From: Minisyncoccota bacterium | GTDB taxonomy: Bacteria > Patescibacteriota > Minisyncoccia > Phycocordibacterales > SBAW01 | Direction: 5' to 3' | Assembly (NCBI GenBank): GCA_035550415.1 | Contig: DASZPE010000048.1 | Span: forward strand, 1 to 32,095 | Length of the DNA stretch: 32,095 nt | Made by a program: the position numbers and the translations under genes | The notes under the pieces: generated by a model | Told to the model about the DNA's origin: nothing | The model's database searches: none | What the model saw: only the letters and a program-made list of their open reading frames with translations | In this document: positions 1 to 8,888 of the stretch, in pieces | Numbering within the stretch: position 1 is the stretch's first letter | Layout: each line of letters opens with the position of its first letter

Positions 1-33
1 GGTTGGCGGTTCATGAAGGTGAGTGACGGAAGA

Positions 34-1863
<1,830 letters not shown>

Positions 1864-1952
1864 GGCCTTGTTTCCTTCTCTAACCAGCCGTGTAAAGGTA
1901 CAGTTCCAACCGTGATAACGGCTGAAATAACCGCGCGTTACACTACTACAAT

Positions 1953-3167
1953 CTATTGGGCTTGGCGATAGCGCGCCGCGACCTTTTCTAAAGCCTTCAC
2001 TATGCGGTCAGCGTCAGCTTTTGTGGCGGTTGGAAGCAGCGTCAACCGGATAGAATCTTTAGCGGCCTGAGGCGAGAGTCCGATTGCCGCGAGCACGTGC
2101 GAAGGCGCCTCTTCGTCGGTATCGCAGGCGGAGCGGGTCGAGGCGGCAACGCCGTGCACATTGAGTGCCACTACCGCCATGTCGCCATTGAGCCCCGGGA
2201 TGCATACATTTATATTGTTAGCGACTCGCGCAGAATGATGCACTTCGAGTCCTATCGGGGCACCGTTCAGTCGTACCCCCGGTATTTCCTTCTCAATCCT
2301 GTCAAAAAGATAATTTCTGACTTCTGCAGTGCGCTTGGCGTTCTCTTCCGCATCCTTCTGCGCGTCTTCAAACGCCGCAGCGAAGGCGCCGATAAGCGCC
2401 ACGTTCTCGGTGCCGCTGCGCAATCCAGCCTCCTGCCCGCCGCCGTATATATAAGGAGTGAGCGTACTGCCGCGCCGCACATAGAGCATGCCGACGCCGC
2501 GCGGGCCTCCGAGCTTCTGCCCGTCGAGCGTCAGGAGGTCGATGCCGAGATGGTCGACCCTGAGAGGCAGCCACAGCGGCGCCTGAGAAGCATCAACATG
2601 AAAATAAATATGTTGCTTCTCGCCCTGAGCTTGTCGAAGGGTGCGCGCATGTCTGATTGTTTTGGCAACTTCGCGGATATCTTGGATCGTACCTATCTCG
2701 CTGTTGATCATCTGGATCGAGACAAGCGCCGTGTCGAGATTAAGCGCTTCGCGCAGATCTTTTATATCGATCTTCCCTTCCACATCGACCGGCAACTCGG
2801 TTACCTGCGCGCCTTCGGCCGCGAGCGCGCGCAGAGGCTCGAGCACCGACGAGTGTTCGATAGCAGAGGTTACGGCATGCGCGCGCTCGCGGCCCCGCAA
2901 CGTGCCAAAAATCGCGAGGTTATTCGCCTCGGTACCGCCGGAGGTGAAGATAATTTCGTCCGCATGCGCCCCGATTGCCTTCGCCACCCGCTCGCGCGCG
3001 CTATCCAGCTCTTTTTTCGCTGCGAGTGCCTCGCGATGGAGCGCGCTCGGGTTGCCAGAGAGCTCGATCAGCCGCACGAGCTCGCGCTTGGCATGCGCAG
3101 TCATCGGCATCGAGGCCGCTGCGTCGGCATATATTCGATTTTTCCTAAAAAAAGAAAACGATTCCAT
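1953..3167 (-). CDS. class V aminotransferase, NifS/IscS-type cysteine desulfurase
   Basis: 404-aa ORF with PLP fold-type I pattern: FTSGGTEANN, HVDASQA, PLP-lysine region TLDGQKLGGPRGVGMLYV, catalytic-Cys loop AASTRSAC. Confidence 0.8.
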   Translation of the reverse strand: MESFSFFRKNRIYADAAASMPMTAHAKRELVRLIELSGNPSALHREALAAKKELDSARERVAKAIGAHADEIIFTSGGTEANNLAIFGTLRGRERAHAVTSAIEHSSVLEPLRALAAEGAQVTELPVDVEGKIDIKDLREALNLDTALVSIQMINSEIGTIQDIREVAKTIRHARTLRQAQGEKQHIYFHVDASQAPLWLPLRVDHLGIDLLTLDGQKLGGPRGVGMLYVRRGSTLTPYIYGGGQEAGLRSGTENVALIGAFAAAFEDAQKDAEENAKRTAEVRNYLFDRIEKEIPGVRLNGAPIGLEVHHSARVANNINVCIPGLNGDMAVVALNVHGVAASTRSACDTDEEAPSHVLAAIGLSPQAAKDSIRLTLLPTATKADADRIVKALEKVAARYRQAQ

Positions 3168-3197
3168 ATACCCAGAATCTACTATATACTGTGCCCA

Positions 3198-4727
3198 ATG
3201 TCGCCAGAAGCCTCAAAAGCGGGGGGCCGCCCCCCGATCGTTGCTATTGTAGGACACATCGACCACGGCAAGTCGACGCTTCTTGACTATATCCGCAAGA
3301 GCAACGTCGTTGCGGGCGAGGCGGGCGGAATCACCCAGCACCTCTCCGCCTACGAGGCCGTACACAAGAACGCGACCGGCGAGCACACGATCACCTTCCT
3401 CGATACGCCGGGCCACGAAGCCTTTACCAAGATGCGCTCGCGCGGGCTGGAGGTCGCTGATGTCGCAATCCTGGTCGTATCGGCAGAAGAGGGCGTCAAG
3501 CCGCAGACGCTCGAGGCGCTGAAGCTTATCGAGGAGACCAAAATCCCCTTCATCGTCGCGTTTACAAAAATAGACAAGCCCAACGCCAACCTCGAGAAGG
3601 CCAAGATGTCGATGCTTGAGCATAACGTCTTTCTTGAAGGGCTCGGCGGCGAAGTGCCCTTTATCCCCGTCTCCGGCAAAACCGGCGAGGGCATTCCGGA
3701 ATTGCTCGACCTTATTTTGCTTGCGGCAGAGCTCGAGGGCATTACGAGCGACGACAAGAAGCCCGGCGAGGGCGTCGTGATTGAGGCGCACGTCGACAAC
3801 AAGCGCGGCAATACCGCGACGCTTATCATTCTCGACGGCAGCATCGCGAGCGGCCAATTCGTCGTTGCGGGCGAGGCGATGGCGCCTACGCGCATCATGG
3901 AGAATTTCATCGGCAAAACGATAAAAGAGGCGCACGCCGGGAGCCCGATCGGCATCGTCGGCTTCTCGACGCTCCCTGCAGTCGGCACGCACTGGAAGGT
4001 CGTCCCCTCCAAGAAAGAGGCCGAAGCGCTCGCCGAGGAAGCGCGCCTCGCCAACAAGAAACCGGCCAAGAATGTATCTGCGGCCGCTCCCGCCGAAGGC
4101 GAAGAAGAAAAGCTGCACGTTATTTTGCCGCTCGTCATCAAGACCGACGTCGCCGGCACCGCCGACGCGGTCATGCACGAGCTCGACAAGCTTCCGCAGG
4201 ATGAGCGGCTCGAGGTGCGCATCGTGTCCAAAGGCGTGGGGCCCATAAGCGAGAGCGACATCAAGCTCGCGGGCTCGGGCACGACGCCGGGGATCGTCAT
4301 CGGCTTCAACGTCAAGCAAGAGGCGGTCTCGCGCGAGATGGCCGAGCGCCTCGGCGTCGAGGTCGGCGTCTTTGATATTATTTATAAACTTTCAGAATGG
4401 CTCGGCGCCGAGATCCTCAAGCGCCAGCCGCGCGAGCGCGCCGAGGAACTTAGCGGCTCGGCCAAGGTGCTCAAGGTCTTCAGCACCGCCAAAGGCAAGG
4501 TCGTGCTCGGCGGCCGCGTCGAGGAGGGCGAGCTGAAGGACGGCGCCGAGGTCAAGATCATGCGCCGCGACCTCGAGCTCGGCCGCGGCACGATCGTGAG
4601 CCTCCAGTCGCAGAAGAACCCGGTCAAGAAGGTAGAGAGCGGCAGCGAATTCGGCATGCAGATCAAGACTAGCGCGGAGCCCGCCGCCGGCGACCTCTTG
4701 CAGGCATTTACGATCGTCTACAAATAA
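3198..4727 (+). CDS. infB: translation initiation factor IF-2 (short form, 509 aa)
   Basis: The frame is open from 2097, but that part is antisense to the desulfurase gene. The first ATG giving a sensible N-terminus is 3198 (MSPEASKAGGRPPIVAIVGHIDHGKSTLLD). GTPase motifs GHIDHGKS, DTPGH, TKID; IF-2 C-terminal domains run to ...FTIVYK. Confidence 0.9.
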   Translation: MSPEASKAGGRPPIVAIVGHIDHGKSTLLDYIRKSNVVAGEAGGITQHLSAYEAVHKNATGEHTITFLDTPGHEAFTKMRSRGLEVADVAILVVSAEEGVKPQTLEALKLIEETKIPFIVAFTKIDKPNANLEKAKMSMLEHNVFLEGLGGEVPFIPVSGKTGEGIPELLDLILLAAELEGITSDDKKPGEGVVIEAHVDNKRGNTATLIILDGSIASGQFVVAGEAMAPTRIMENFIGKTIKEAHAGSPIGIVGFSTLPAVGTHWKVVPSKKEAEALAEEARLANKKPAKNVSAAAPAEGEEEKLHVILPLVIKTDVAGTADAVMHELDKLPQDERLEVRIVSKGVGPISESDIKLAGSGTTPGIVIGFNVKQEAVSREMAERLGVEVGVFDIIYKLSEWLGAEILKRQPRERAEELSGSAKVLKVFSTAKGKVVLGGRVEEGELKDGAEVKIMRRDLELGRGTIVSLQSQKNPVKKVESGSEFGMQIKTSAEPAAGDLLQAFTIVYK

Positions 4728-4728
4728 T

Positions 4729-5055
4729 ATGAGCGATACTCACCACGACCGGCTCGAGAATGCTTTGCGCGAGGGCGCGGCCGAGTTCCTCGTGCGCGAA
4801 GCCAACCGCACATCGCTCGTCACCGTCACTCGCGCGATGCTCAGCGAGGATACCAGGCGCGCGACCATCTTTATCACCGTGCTTCCGGACTCGGCCGAGG
4901 AAGCGGCGCTCGCCTTCGCCAACCGCAACCGCACCGAGCTGCGCGACTTCCTCAAGTCGCGCATCAAGGGCGGTATACCGAGCGACATCATCTACGAGAT
5001 CGACTTAGGCGAGAAGAACCGCCAGCGGCTCGACGAACTCTCCCAAGAACGCTAG
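4729..5055 (+). CDS. rbfA: ribosome-binding factor A
   Basis: 108 aa. Starts 1 nt after the infB stop (TAA-T-ATG), matching conserved infB-rbfA synteny. RbfA-like core SLVTVTRAMLSEDTRRATIFITV. Confidence 0.75.
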   Translation: MSDTHHDRLENALREGAAEFLVREANRTSLVTVTRAMLSEDTRRATIFITVLPDSAEEAALAFANRNRTELRDFLKSRIKGGIPSDIIYEIDLGEKNRQRLDELSQER

Positions 5056-5086
5056 AGTAGAGAAACGCCCGCTTTCTGCGGGACAG

Positions 5087-5161
5087 GGCCACGTGGCGAA
5101 GAAGCAACGCGGCGGTCTGCAAAACCGCTATGCGAGGGTGCGAATCCCTCCGTGGCCTCCA
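5087..5161 (+). tRNA. tRNA-Cys (GCA)
   Basis: 75 nt. Acceptor GGCCACG/CGTGGCC, anticodon stem GCGGT/ACCGC, loop CTGCAAA, discriminator T73 (Cys identity element), CCA encoded. The D-loop lacks GG and the T-loop reads TGCGAAT, both atypical. Confidence 0.8.
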
Positions 5162-5164
5162 GTC

Positions 5165-5246
5165 GCCGGGGTGATGGAATGGTAGACATAGGGGACTTAA
5201 AATCCCCAGACCGCAAGGTCGTGAGAGTTCGACTCTCTCCCCCGGC
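5165..5246 (+). tRNA. tRNA-Leu (TAA)
   Basis: 82 nt. Acceptor GCCGGGG/CCCCGGC, anticodon stem GGGGA/TCCCC with loop CTTAAAA, long variable arm AGACCGCAAGGTCGT, T-arm GAGAG-TTCGACT-CTCTC. CCA not encoded. Confidence 0.9.
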
Positions 5247-5305
5247 ACAGAAACCCCCGATCATCATTTGTAGGTTCGAGGATTGTATTGTATTTTGTGT
5301 AGTAC

Positions 5306-5378
5306 GCGCCCATAGCTCAGTTGGTAGAGCTGCTCCCTCTTAAGGAGAAGGTCGCAGGTTCGAATCCTGCTGGGCGCA
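5306..5378 (+). tRNA. tRNA-Lys (CTT)
   Basis: 73 nt. Acceptor GCGCCCA/TGGGCGC, D-arm GCTCAGTTGGTAGAGC, anticodon loop CTCTTAA, T-arm GCAGG-TTCGAAT-CCTGC. Confidence 0.9.
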
Positions 5379-5386
5379 CATGACAG

Positions 5387-5410
5387 AAAACGGCACCTGC
5401 GTGCCGTTTT
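5387..5410 (+). terminator. intrinsic terminator-like hairpin after tRNA-Lys
   Basis: AAAACGGCAC-CTGC-GTGCCGTTTT: perfect 10-bp stem, 4-nt loop, T-run at the 3' arm. Confidence 0.6.
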
Positions 5411-5435
5411 CGCGTACATGTGCGAAGCGGAGTCA

Positions 5436-5502
5436 TGTTTTTGCAGCGGCAAAAACAGACGAGCTAGGGCCGTGGAAATCCGCCTTTGACGAAAGGCGGA
5501 TT
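5436..5502 (+). other. two further perfect stem-loops in the tRNA spacer (possible structured RNA or processing signals)
   Basis: TGTTTTTGC-AGCG-GCAAAAACA (5436-5457, 9 bp) and AATCCGCCTTT-GACG-AAAGGCGGATT (5477-5502, 11 bp). The second is extendable by CTAGGG/CCCTGG and ACGAG/CTCGT outer pairings. Confidence 0.35.
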
Positions 5503-5554
5503 ATCCCTGGCCACTCGTGCGAGCCGGAGCGTTTCAGAGTAGAATGCGGTAATT

Positions 5555-5636
5555 GCTGGGGTGGCGGAATTGGTATACGCACGTGCCTTAGGAGCACGCG
5601 GGGCAACCCATGGAGGTTCAAGTCCTCTCCCCAGCA
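5555..5636 (+). tRNA. tRNA-Leu (TAG)
   Basis: 82 nt. Acceptor GCTGGGG/CCCCAGC, anticodon stem CGTGC/GCACG with loop CTTAGGA, long variable arm, T-arm GGAGG-TTCAAGT-CCTCT. Confidence 0.9.
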
Positions 5637-5649
5637 CAGAGCTATTTTT

Positions 5650-5673
5650 AGCCTTATGTCACAAGGCTTTTTT
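5650..5673 (+). terminator. intrinsic terminator after the tRNA cluster
   Basis: AGCCTT-ATGTCAC-AAGGCT followed by TTTTT. Confidence 0.6.
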
Positions 5674-5675
5674 GC

Positions 5676-5705
5676 TTGACAGACACCTACATAATGTGAT
5701 ATAAT
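5676..5705 (+). promoter_or_regulatory. sigma-70-type promoter, full consensus with extended -10
   Basis: TTGACA (5676-5681), 18-nt spacer, TGaTATAAT (5697-5705); sits 68 nt upstream of the ATG at 5774. Confidence 0.6.
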
Positions 5706-5773
5706 AGTAAACGGAACATAGGCTGCTTATGCCTATGCAACAGATTCATCGAAAATAGAAAGTGAGGTAGTAC

Positions 5774-6292
5774 ATGACTACTGCACCCAGACCTGCGGCA
5801 GCGGCGCCCGTAGCGCCGATACCGGTCGTAGTGACTGAACCAGTTCGAGTCCCCGGGAGAATGGATGGGTTGAAGCTGATGCTTCATTACCTTTCCTACG
5901 TGGTTCCGCTGATCCTGATGATCTTCGGATTCCTCATCCCGGCGTTACGCTACGAGGTGTTCCAAGTGGTTCCAGCAGACCAACAAGGCCAGCTCTACCT
6001 GGGCTTGCTGCTCGTGACCATTTTCGGCATCGCGTGGATCATCGCCGACTTCTTTATCATCTCCAACGCATTAACGGAGGTATCAAAGTTGCGCGAGAAT
6101 GCGATTGTGAGCGTCATGCTCGCAATCGGTCTCTTCGGCTTCATGGTCCACATGTACGACGTGCGGGCCTTCGGCTGGTGGATTGTTGTACCGGTAATTA
6201 CGTGCGTCGTCGACGCACTCATCACCGTTGATCGCGCAATCAATGCGGCTGCGCTCAAGCGCCTGCTGCAAGAAGAGCGCGACGGGCACTGA
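5774..6292 (+). CDS. hypothetical polytopic membrane protein (172 aa)
   Basis: SD-like GTGAGGT about 7 nt upstream of the ATG. About 4 hydrophobic helices (YVVPLILMIFGFLIPAL, LGLLLVTIFGIAWIIADFFII, IVSVMLAIGLFGFMV, WWIVVPVITCVVDALI). No family recognised. Confidence 0.65.
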   Translation: MTTAPRPAAAAPVAPIPVVVTEPVRVPGRMDGLKLMLHYLSYVVPLILMIFGFLIPALRYEVFQVVPADQQGQLYLGLLLVTIFGIAWIIADFFIISNALTEVSKLRENAIVSVMLAIGLFGFMVHMYDVRAFGWWIVVPVITCVVDALITVDRAINAAALKRLLQEERDGH

Positions 6293-6328
6293 GCAATCAG
6301 AGCCCGCTCTCAAAGAAGGAACTCTGCT

Positions 6329-7303
6329 ATGAGACTGAGACGTGTGTTACTGGCGCTGGGTTTGGTTTTCGCGGTGTTCGCGGTCATTACGGTGATCGCA
6401 ATCTCGTGGAACCCGGACTCATCCCCCACTACGACAGTGGCGTATTCTTCGCCACCAGCGGTTGTTTATCAACCGGAGGCTACACAGCTGACGAGCCCCG
6501 GTACGATGAGCAACATCGTACCGGCAGGCCCGGACTGGACGTACGTTGGTACGTACGTCTGGGCATGGTTCTCCGATAATAAGATTCTGCTTGCAGCTGC
6601 ACTTCTCGTAGCTATCGGCAGCATCCTTATCTTCGGCGTTGCACTCTGGCATGCCATCCTTATCTTTATGGGCGTGTGCCTGCTGGCATCGTTGGATATC
6701 AGGCAGGTACTTCAGTTCTTGGTAGATTCCAAGGACTGGCCGCCGGGGTGGGGGTTCCAGAATGTCAGGCTTGGCAATCCGGTACCCGCAGGTCTCGTCG
6801 CGCTCGCTGTCATCGCCACGCTCGGCATCATCGTGTCGAGAAGGCATCCAGCGCGCGCCGCGTTCTGCATTGCGGCGTCGTTTATCCTCCTGGCGTGGGC
6901 GTGGCAGTTCATCTACCCCGGCCTGCTCCAGGTGGGGCCGACACTGCACGAGATCGGGGGGTCGCTCCAACTGCCAGGCAGCCCGTCAACGGCTTCTCTG
7001 ACTGAAACACCTCCGTCGACGGATGCGGTCTATGAGTCGCCTGAAAGCTCTACTCAAGGCTGCGGGCCCTTCGACATCGTCGTCGGCCCGACACCGGGCC
7101 CCGCCTACCCGCTTGTTACCGAGGCGTGCCCGCACATTACCTGGCATGTCCCGATCGGCGAGACCGTTGAGGTGTACGACGCAGATGGCAACTGGCTTAC
7201 CAACGACGAGAGTGGGCAATTCCACGACCTTCGTGGCAGGTCTCCGGCCAAGTTTGCTGCTGTCGGCAGCGACTCGGTCGAGGTGACCGGTCACACGTGG
7301 TGA
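6329..7303 (+). CDS. hypothetical membrane protein with C-terminal extracytoplasmic domain (324 aa)
   Basis: SD-like GAAGGA upstream. N-terminal TM anchor, P/T/S-rich linkers, 4-5 TM helices, and a C-terminal soluble region of about 100 aa containing two Cys (GCGPF...EACPH). Followed by a terminator. Confidence 0.65.
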   Translation: MRLRRVLLALGLVFAVFAVITVIAISWNPDSSPTTTVAYSSPPAVVYQPEATQLTSPGTMSNIVPAGPDWTYVGTYVWAWFSDNKILLAAALLVAIGSILIFGVALWHAILIFMGVCLLASLDIRQVLQFLVDSKDWPPGWGFQNVRLGNPVPAGLVALAVIATLGIIVSRRHPARAAFCIAASFILLAWAWQFIYPGLLQVGPTLHEIGGSLQLPGSPSTASLTETPPSTDAVYESPESSTQGCGPFDIVVGPTPGPAYPLVTEACPHITWHVPIGETVEVYDADGNWLTNDESGQFHDLRGRSPAKFAAVGSDSVEVTGHTW

Positions 7304-7321
7304 ATCGATCTGTTCAAAACG

Positions 7322-7351
7322 AGACGCGGCCCCAAAGGGTCGCGTCTTTTT
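7322..7351. terminator. bidirectional intrinsic terminator between convergent operons
   Basis: AGACGCGGCCC-CAAA-GGGTCGCGTCT (11 bp including one G-U), flanked by AAAAC upstream and TTTT downstream. Confidence 0.7.
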
Positions 7352-7363
7352 CCTTTCTTTACA

Positions 7364-7696
7364 TTAATGCAGATATTGCGTCGCGCTGGGCCCCAGCGTA
7401 TTGGCAACGATATTGAGGATCGCGTACGCCGACACCATGATAAACATGCCGAGGATCCCGTAAAGCATGTGGCGCTTGCCCTTGTCGCGCTCGCCCGCCT
7501 CGCTGTTGAGCGCCATGAGAAATTCGACGATGCCGTATACGAATATCAAAAGTCCGGCGGCAAATACCAGCGCGATGATGGGATTAATCACCACGCGGGT
7601 AAGACACGCGGCGAATTGATTCGCGCTCTCTAAGCATTGCCCTGACGCGTTGCCGAACGTGCTAATGGTAGCTGCTGCCGGCTGAGTACCGTCCAT
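7364..7696 (-). CDS. VirB2/TrbC-like small two-TM protein, paralog 1 (110 aa)
   Basis: Two hydrophobic helices (PIIALVFAAGLLIFVYGIVEFL and MLYGILGMFIMVSAYAILNIV) separated by the charged loop NSEAGERDKGKRH. Shares the post-TM2 motif NTLG with paralogs 2-4. N-terminal tail has 2 Cys. Confidence 0.65.
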   Translation of the reverse strand: MDGTQPAAATISTFGNASGQCLESANQFAACLTRVVINPIIALVFAAGLLIFVYGIVEFLMALNSEAGERDKGKRHMLYGILGMFIMVSAYAILNIVANTLGPSATQYLH

Positions 7697-7714
7697 AGGG
7701 CTATAGCGACCTGT

Positions 7715-8005
7715 TTAGTGGTTGAGTTCTACCTGCGGAGGAGGGAGCGCTGCGCCGCTGCCGACGCCAAGCGTATTCTGCACCAGGCGGATAATGCCCC
7801 AGATGGACACCATAACGAAGAGCGCCGTGATACCGGCGATCATGACATTCCTGCCCTGAGCATGGCTCTCGCCAGCGCTCATGATGTATTGCACAAGCCC
7901 CCAGAAGAAGACGACCAGCGCAAACGCGATGAGGAGCGGGATAAGAGAGTTAAGCGTATTCCCCGCGAAATTGATAAGGCCCTGAAGATTATTGCCGGTC
8001 GCCAT
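7715..8005 (-). CDS. VirB2/TrbC-like small two-TM protein, paralog 2 (96 aa)
   Basis: ATG 8005 chosen because MATGNNLQGLINF aligns with the N-terminus of paralog 3 and a TGtTACAGT box lies 25 nt upstream (alternative GTG at 8056). FWGLVQYIMSAGES ... MVSIWGIIRLVQNTLG closely parallels paralog 3. Confidence 0.65.
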   Translation of the reverse strand: MATGNNLQGLINFAGNTLNSLIPLLIAFALVVFFWGLVQYIMSAGESHAQGRNVMIAGITALFVMVSIWGIIRLVQNTLGVGSGAALPPPQVELNH

Positions 8006-8030
8006 AGAAAATAATGATTGGTATGTATCT

Positions 8031-8039
8031 ACTGTAACA
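8031..8039 (-). promoter_or_regulatory. extended -10 box (TGtTACAGT) internal to the pilin-like array
   Basis: The reverse complement of 8031-8039 reads TGTTACAGT, with TTGTGC 16 nt upstream. Confidence 0.35.
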
Positions 8040-8080
8040 GGCACACCCCTGCGCACAAGGAAGCTGTGTGGATAGCGCGG

Positions 8081-8455
8081 TTACTTGCTGCAATCGGTTG
8101 TTTTGACAGCTCCTATCACTCCATTGGAAGAGTTGGTTATGGTATGAGACGTTGTGACGCAGTTACCAGAACTTCCAGCGGACGAGCCGGAATAACTGCC
8201 CGCTCCAAGCAGTGTATTTTGCATGATATGGAGTATCCCCCATATCGAGAAGAGCACAAATAGCGCGATGACGCCCCATACCATGGCGTCGCGCTCGGCT
8301 GCGCCGCCTACACTCTCGCCGGATTTCATGATAAAGCGCACCGCCCCCCACATGAACATGACTACCGCGAGCGCCACCAAGACCGGTATCGTGAGATTGA
8401 TAATGCCGATCACATAATTGACCACGTCGGCAAAGTTTGAATTGGTAGAGAGCAT
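8081..8455 (-). CDS. VirB2/TrbC-like small two-TM protein, paralog 3 (124 aa)
   Basis: ATG 8455 lies 1 nt after the paralog 4 stop (TAG-C-ATG); the longer track ORF would overlap paralog 4. MWGAVRFIMKSGES ... LFSIWGILHIMQNTLLG. Ser/Gly-rich C-terminal tail with 2 Cys. Confidence 0.7.
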   Translation of the reverse strand: MLSTNSNFADVVNYVIGIINLTIPVLVALAVVMFMWGAVRFIMKSGESVGGAAERDAMVWGVIALFVLFSIWGILHIMQNTLLGAGSYSGSSAGSSGNCVTTSHTITNSSNGVIGAVKTTDCSK

Positions 8456-8456
8456 G

Positions 8457-8888
8457 CTAGCAGGAGTTAATGCCCTGGACGCCGAGGTTCTGGAGCGTAT
8501 TGATGATAACGCTCGCGATAAGCGAGGCGCCAAGGAAGATCGCGATCCCGATAATGACATGGTAGAAGTTGGTCTTTGCTTCGCCCAATTCTCCTGGATT
8601 GCCTTGCGCGATAATAAACTTGAAGCCCGCCCAGATGATAAAGAGTATGGCGACGGGGACGCCGATTACCATGACCGCGTTGAGGAGCGCAAGCACCAGC
8701 TGGCAGACACTCGTGATGCCGCCAAGCGGATTGCACAGGGTGTGAGGTCCACAGTTGCTGGAAGAAACGCTATTGGAAGTACTCAGTGACCCTGTACCAT
8801 CTGCACCTGCAACTACCGGCAACAGCATAAGAGCAAAAACTGCAAGAGTTAGAAGTACTTGGCCGTAGGTATTGAAAAAGTGCTTCAT
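8457..8888 (-). CDS. VirB2/TrbC-like pilin-type protein with signal peptide, paralog 4 (143 aa)
   Basis: N-terminal signal peptide (LLTLAVFALMLLPVVAGA), Cys-containing mature N-terminus, two TM helices flanking the loop AQGNPGELGEAK, then INTLQNLG. The ATG overlaps the stop of the upstream SBP gene (TAATG). Confidence 0.75.
   Translation of the reverse strand: MKHFFNTYGQVLLTLAVFALMLLPVVAGADGTGSLSTSNSVSSSNCGPHTLCNPLGGITSVCQLVLALLNAVMVIGVPVAILFIIWAGFKFIIAQGNPGELGEAKTNFYHVIIGIAIFLGASLIASVIINTLQNLGVQGINSC

Noticed and set aside
1864-1952. Possible glmS ribozyme or riboswitch in the glmS 5' region.
   Set aside because: Only 89 nt separate the glmS ATG from the upstream gene, shorter than the glmS ribozyme core as I recall it, and I could not see its conserved elements. 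A CAGCCGT/ACGGCTG stem is present but not diagnostic.
2097-3197. A 367-codon N-terminal extension of the infB ORF (876-aa track ORF).
   Set aside because: It runs fully antisense to the cysteine desulfurase gene and has no IF-2 N-terminal similarity. A sensible start is at ATG 3198, directly before the G domain.
4988-5679. Track ORFs crossing the tRNA cluster (4988-5248, 5052-5267, 5152-5343, 5264-5452, 5380-5679, 5433-5621).
   Set aside because: They overlap four well-folded tRNA genes and terminator hairpins. They have no SD or protein motifs.
5555-7351. Integrated mobile element at tRNA-Leu(TAG).
   Set aside because: I found no integrase or recombinase gene, and no direct repeat of the tRNA 3' end by eye. 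It is kept only as a low-confidence compositional observation in the findings.
8456-8560. Longer form of pilin-like paralog 3 (track ORF 8081-8560).
   Set aside because: The extension overlaps the paralog 4 coding region out of frame and is Ser/Arg-rich low complexity. ATG 8455 gives an N-terminus that aligns with paralog 2.
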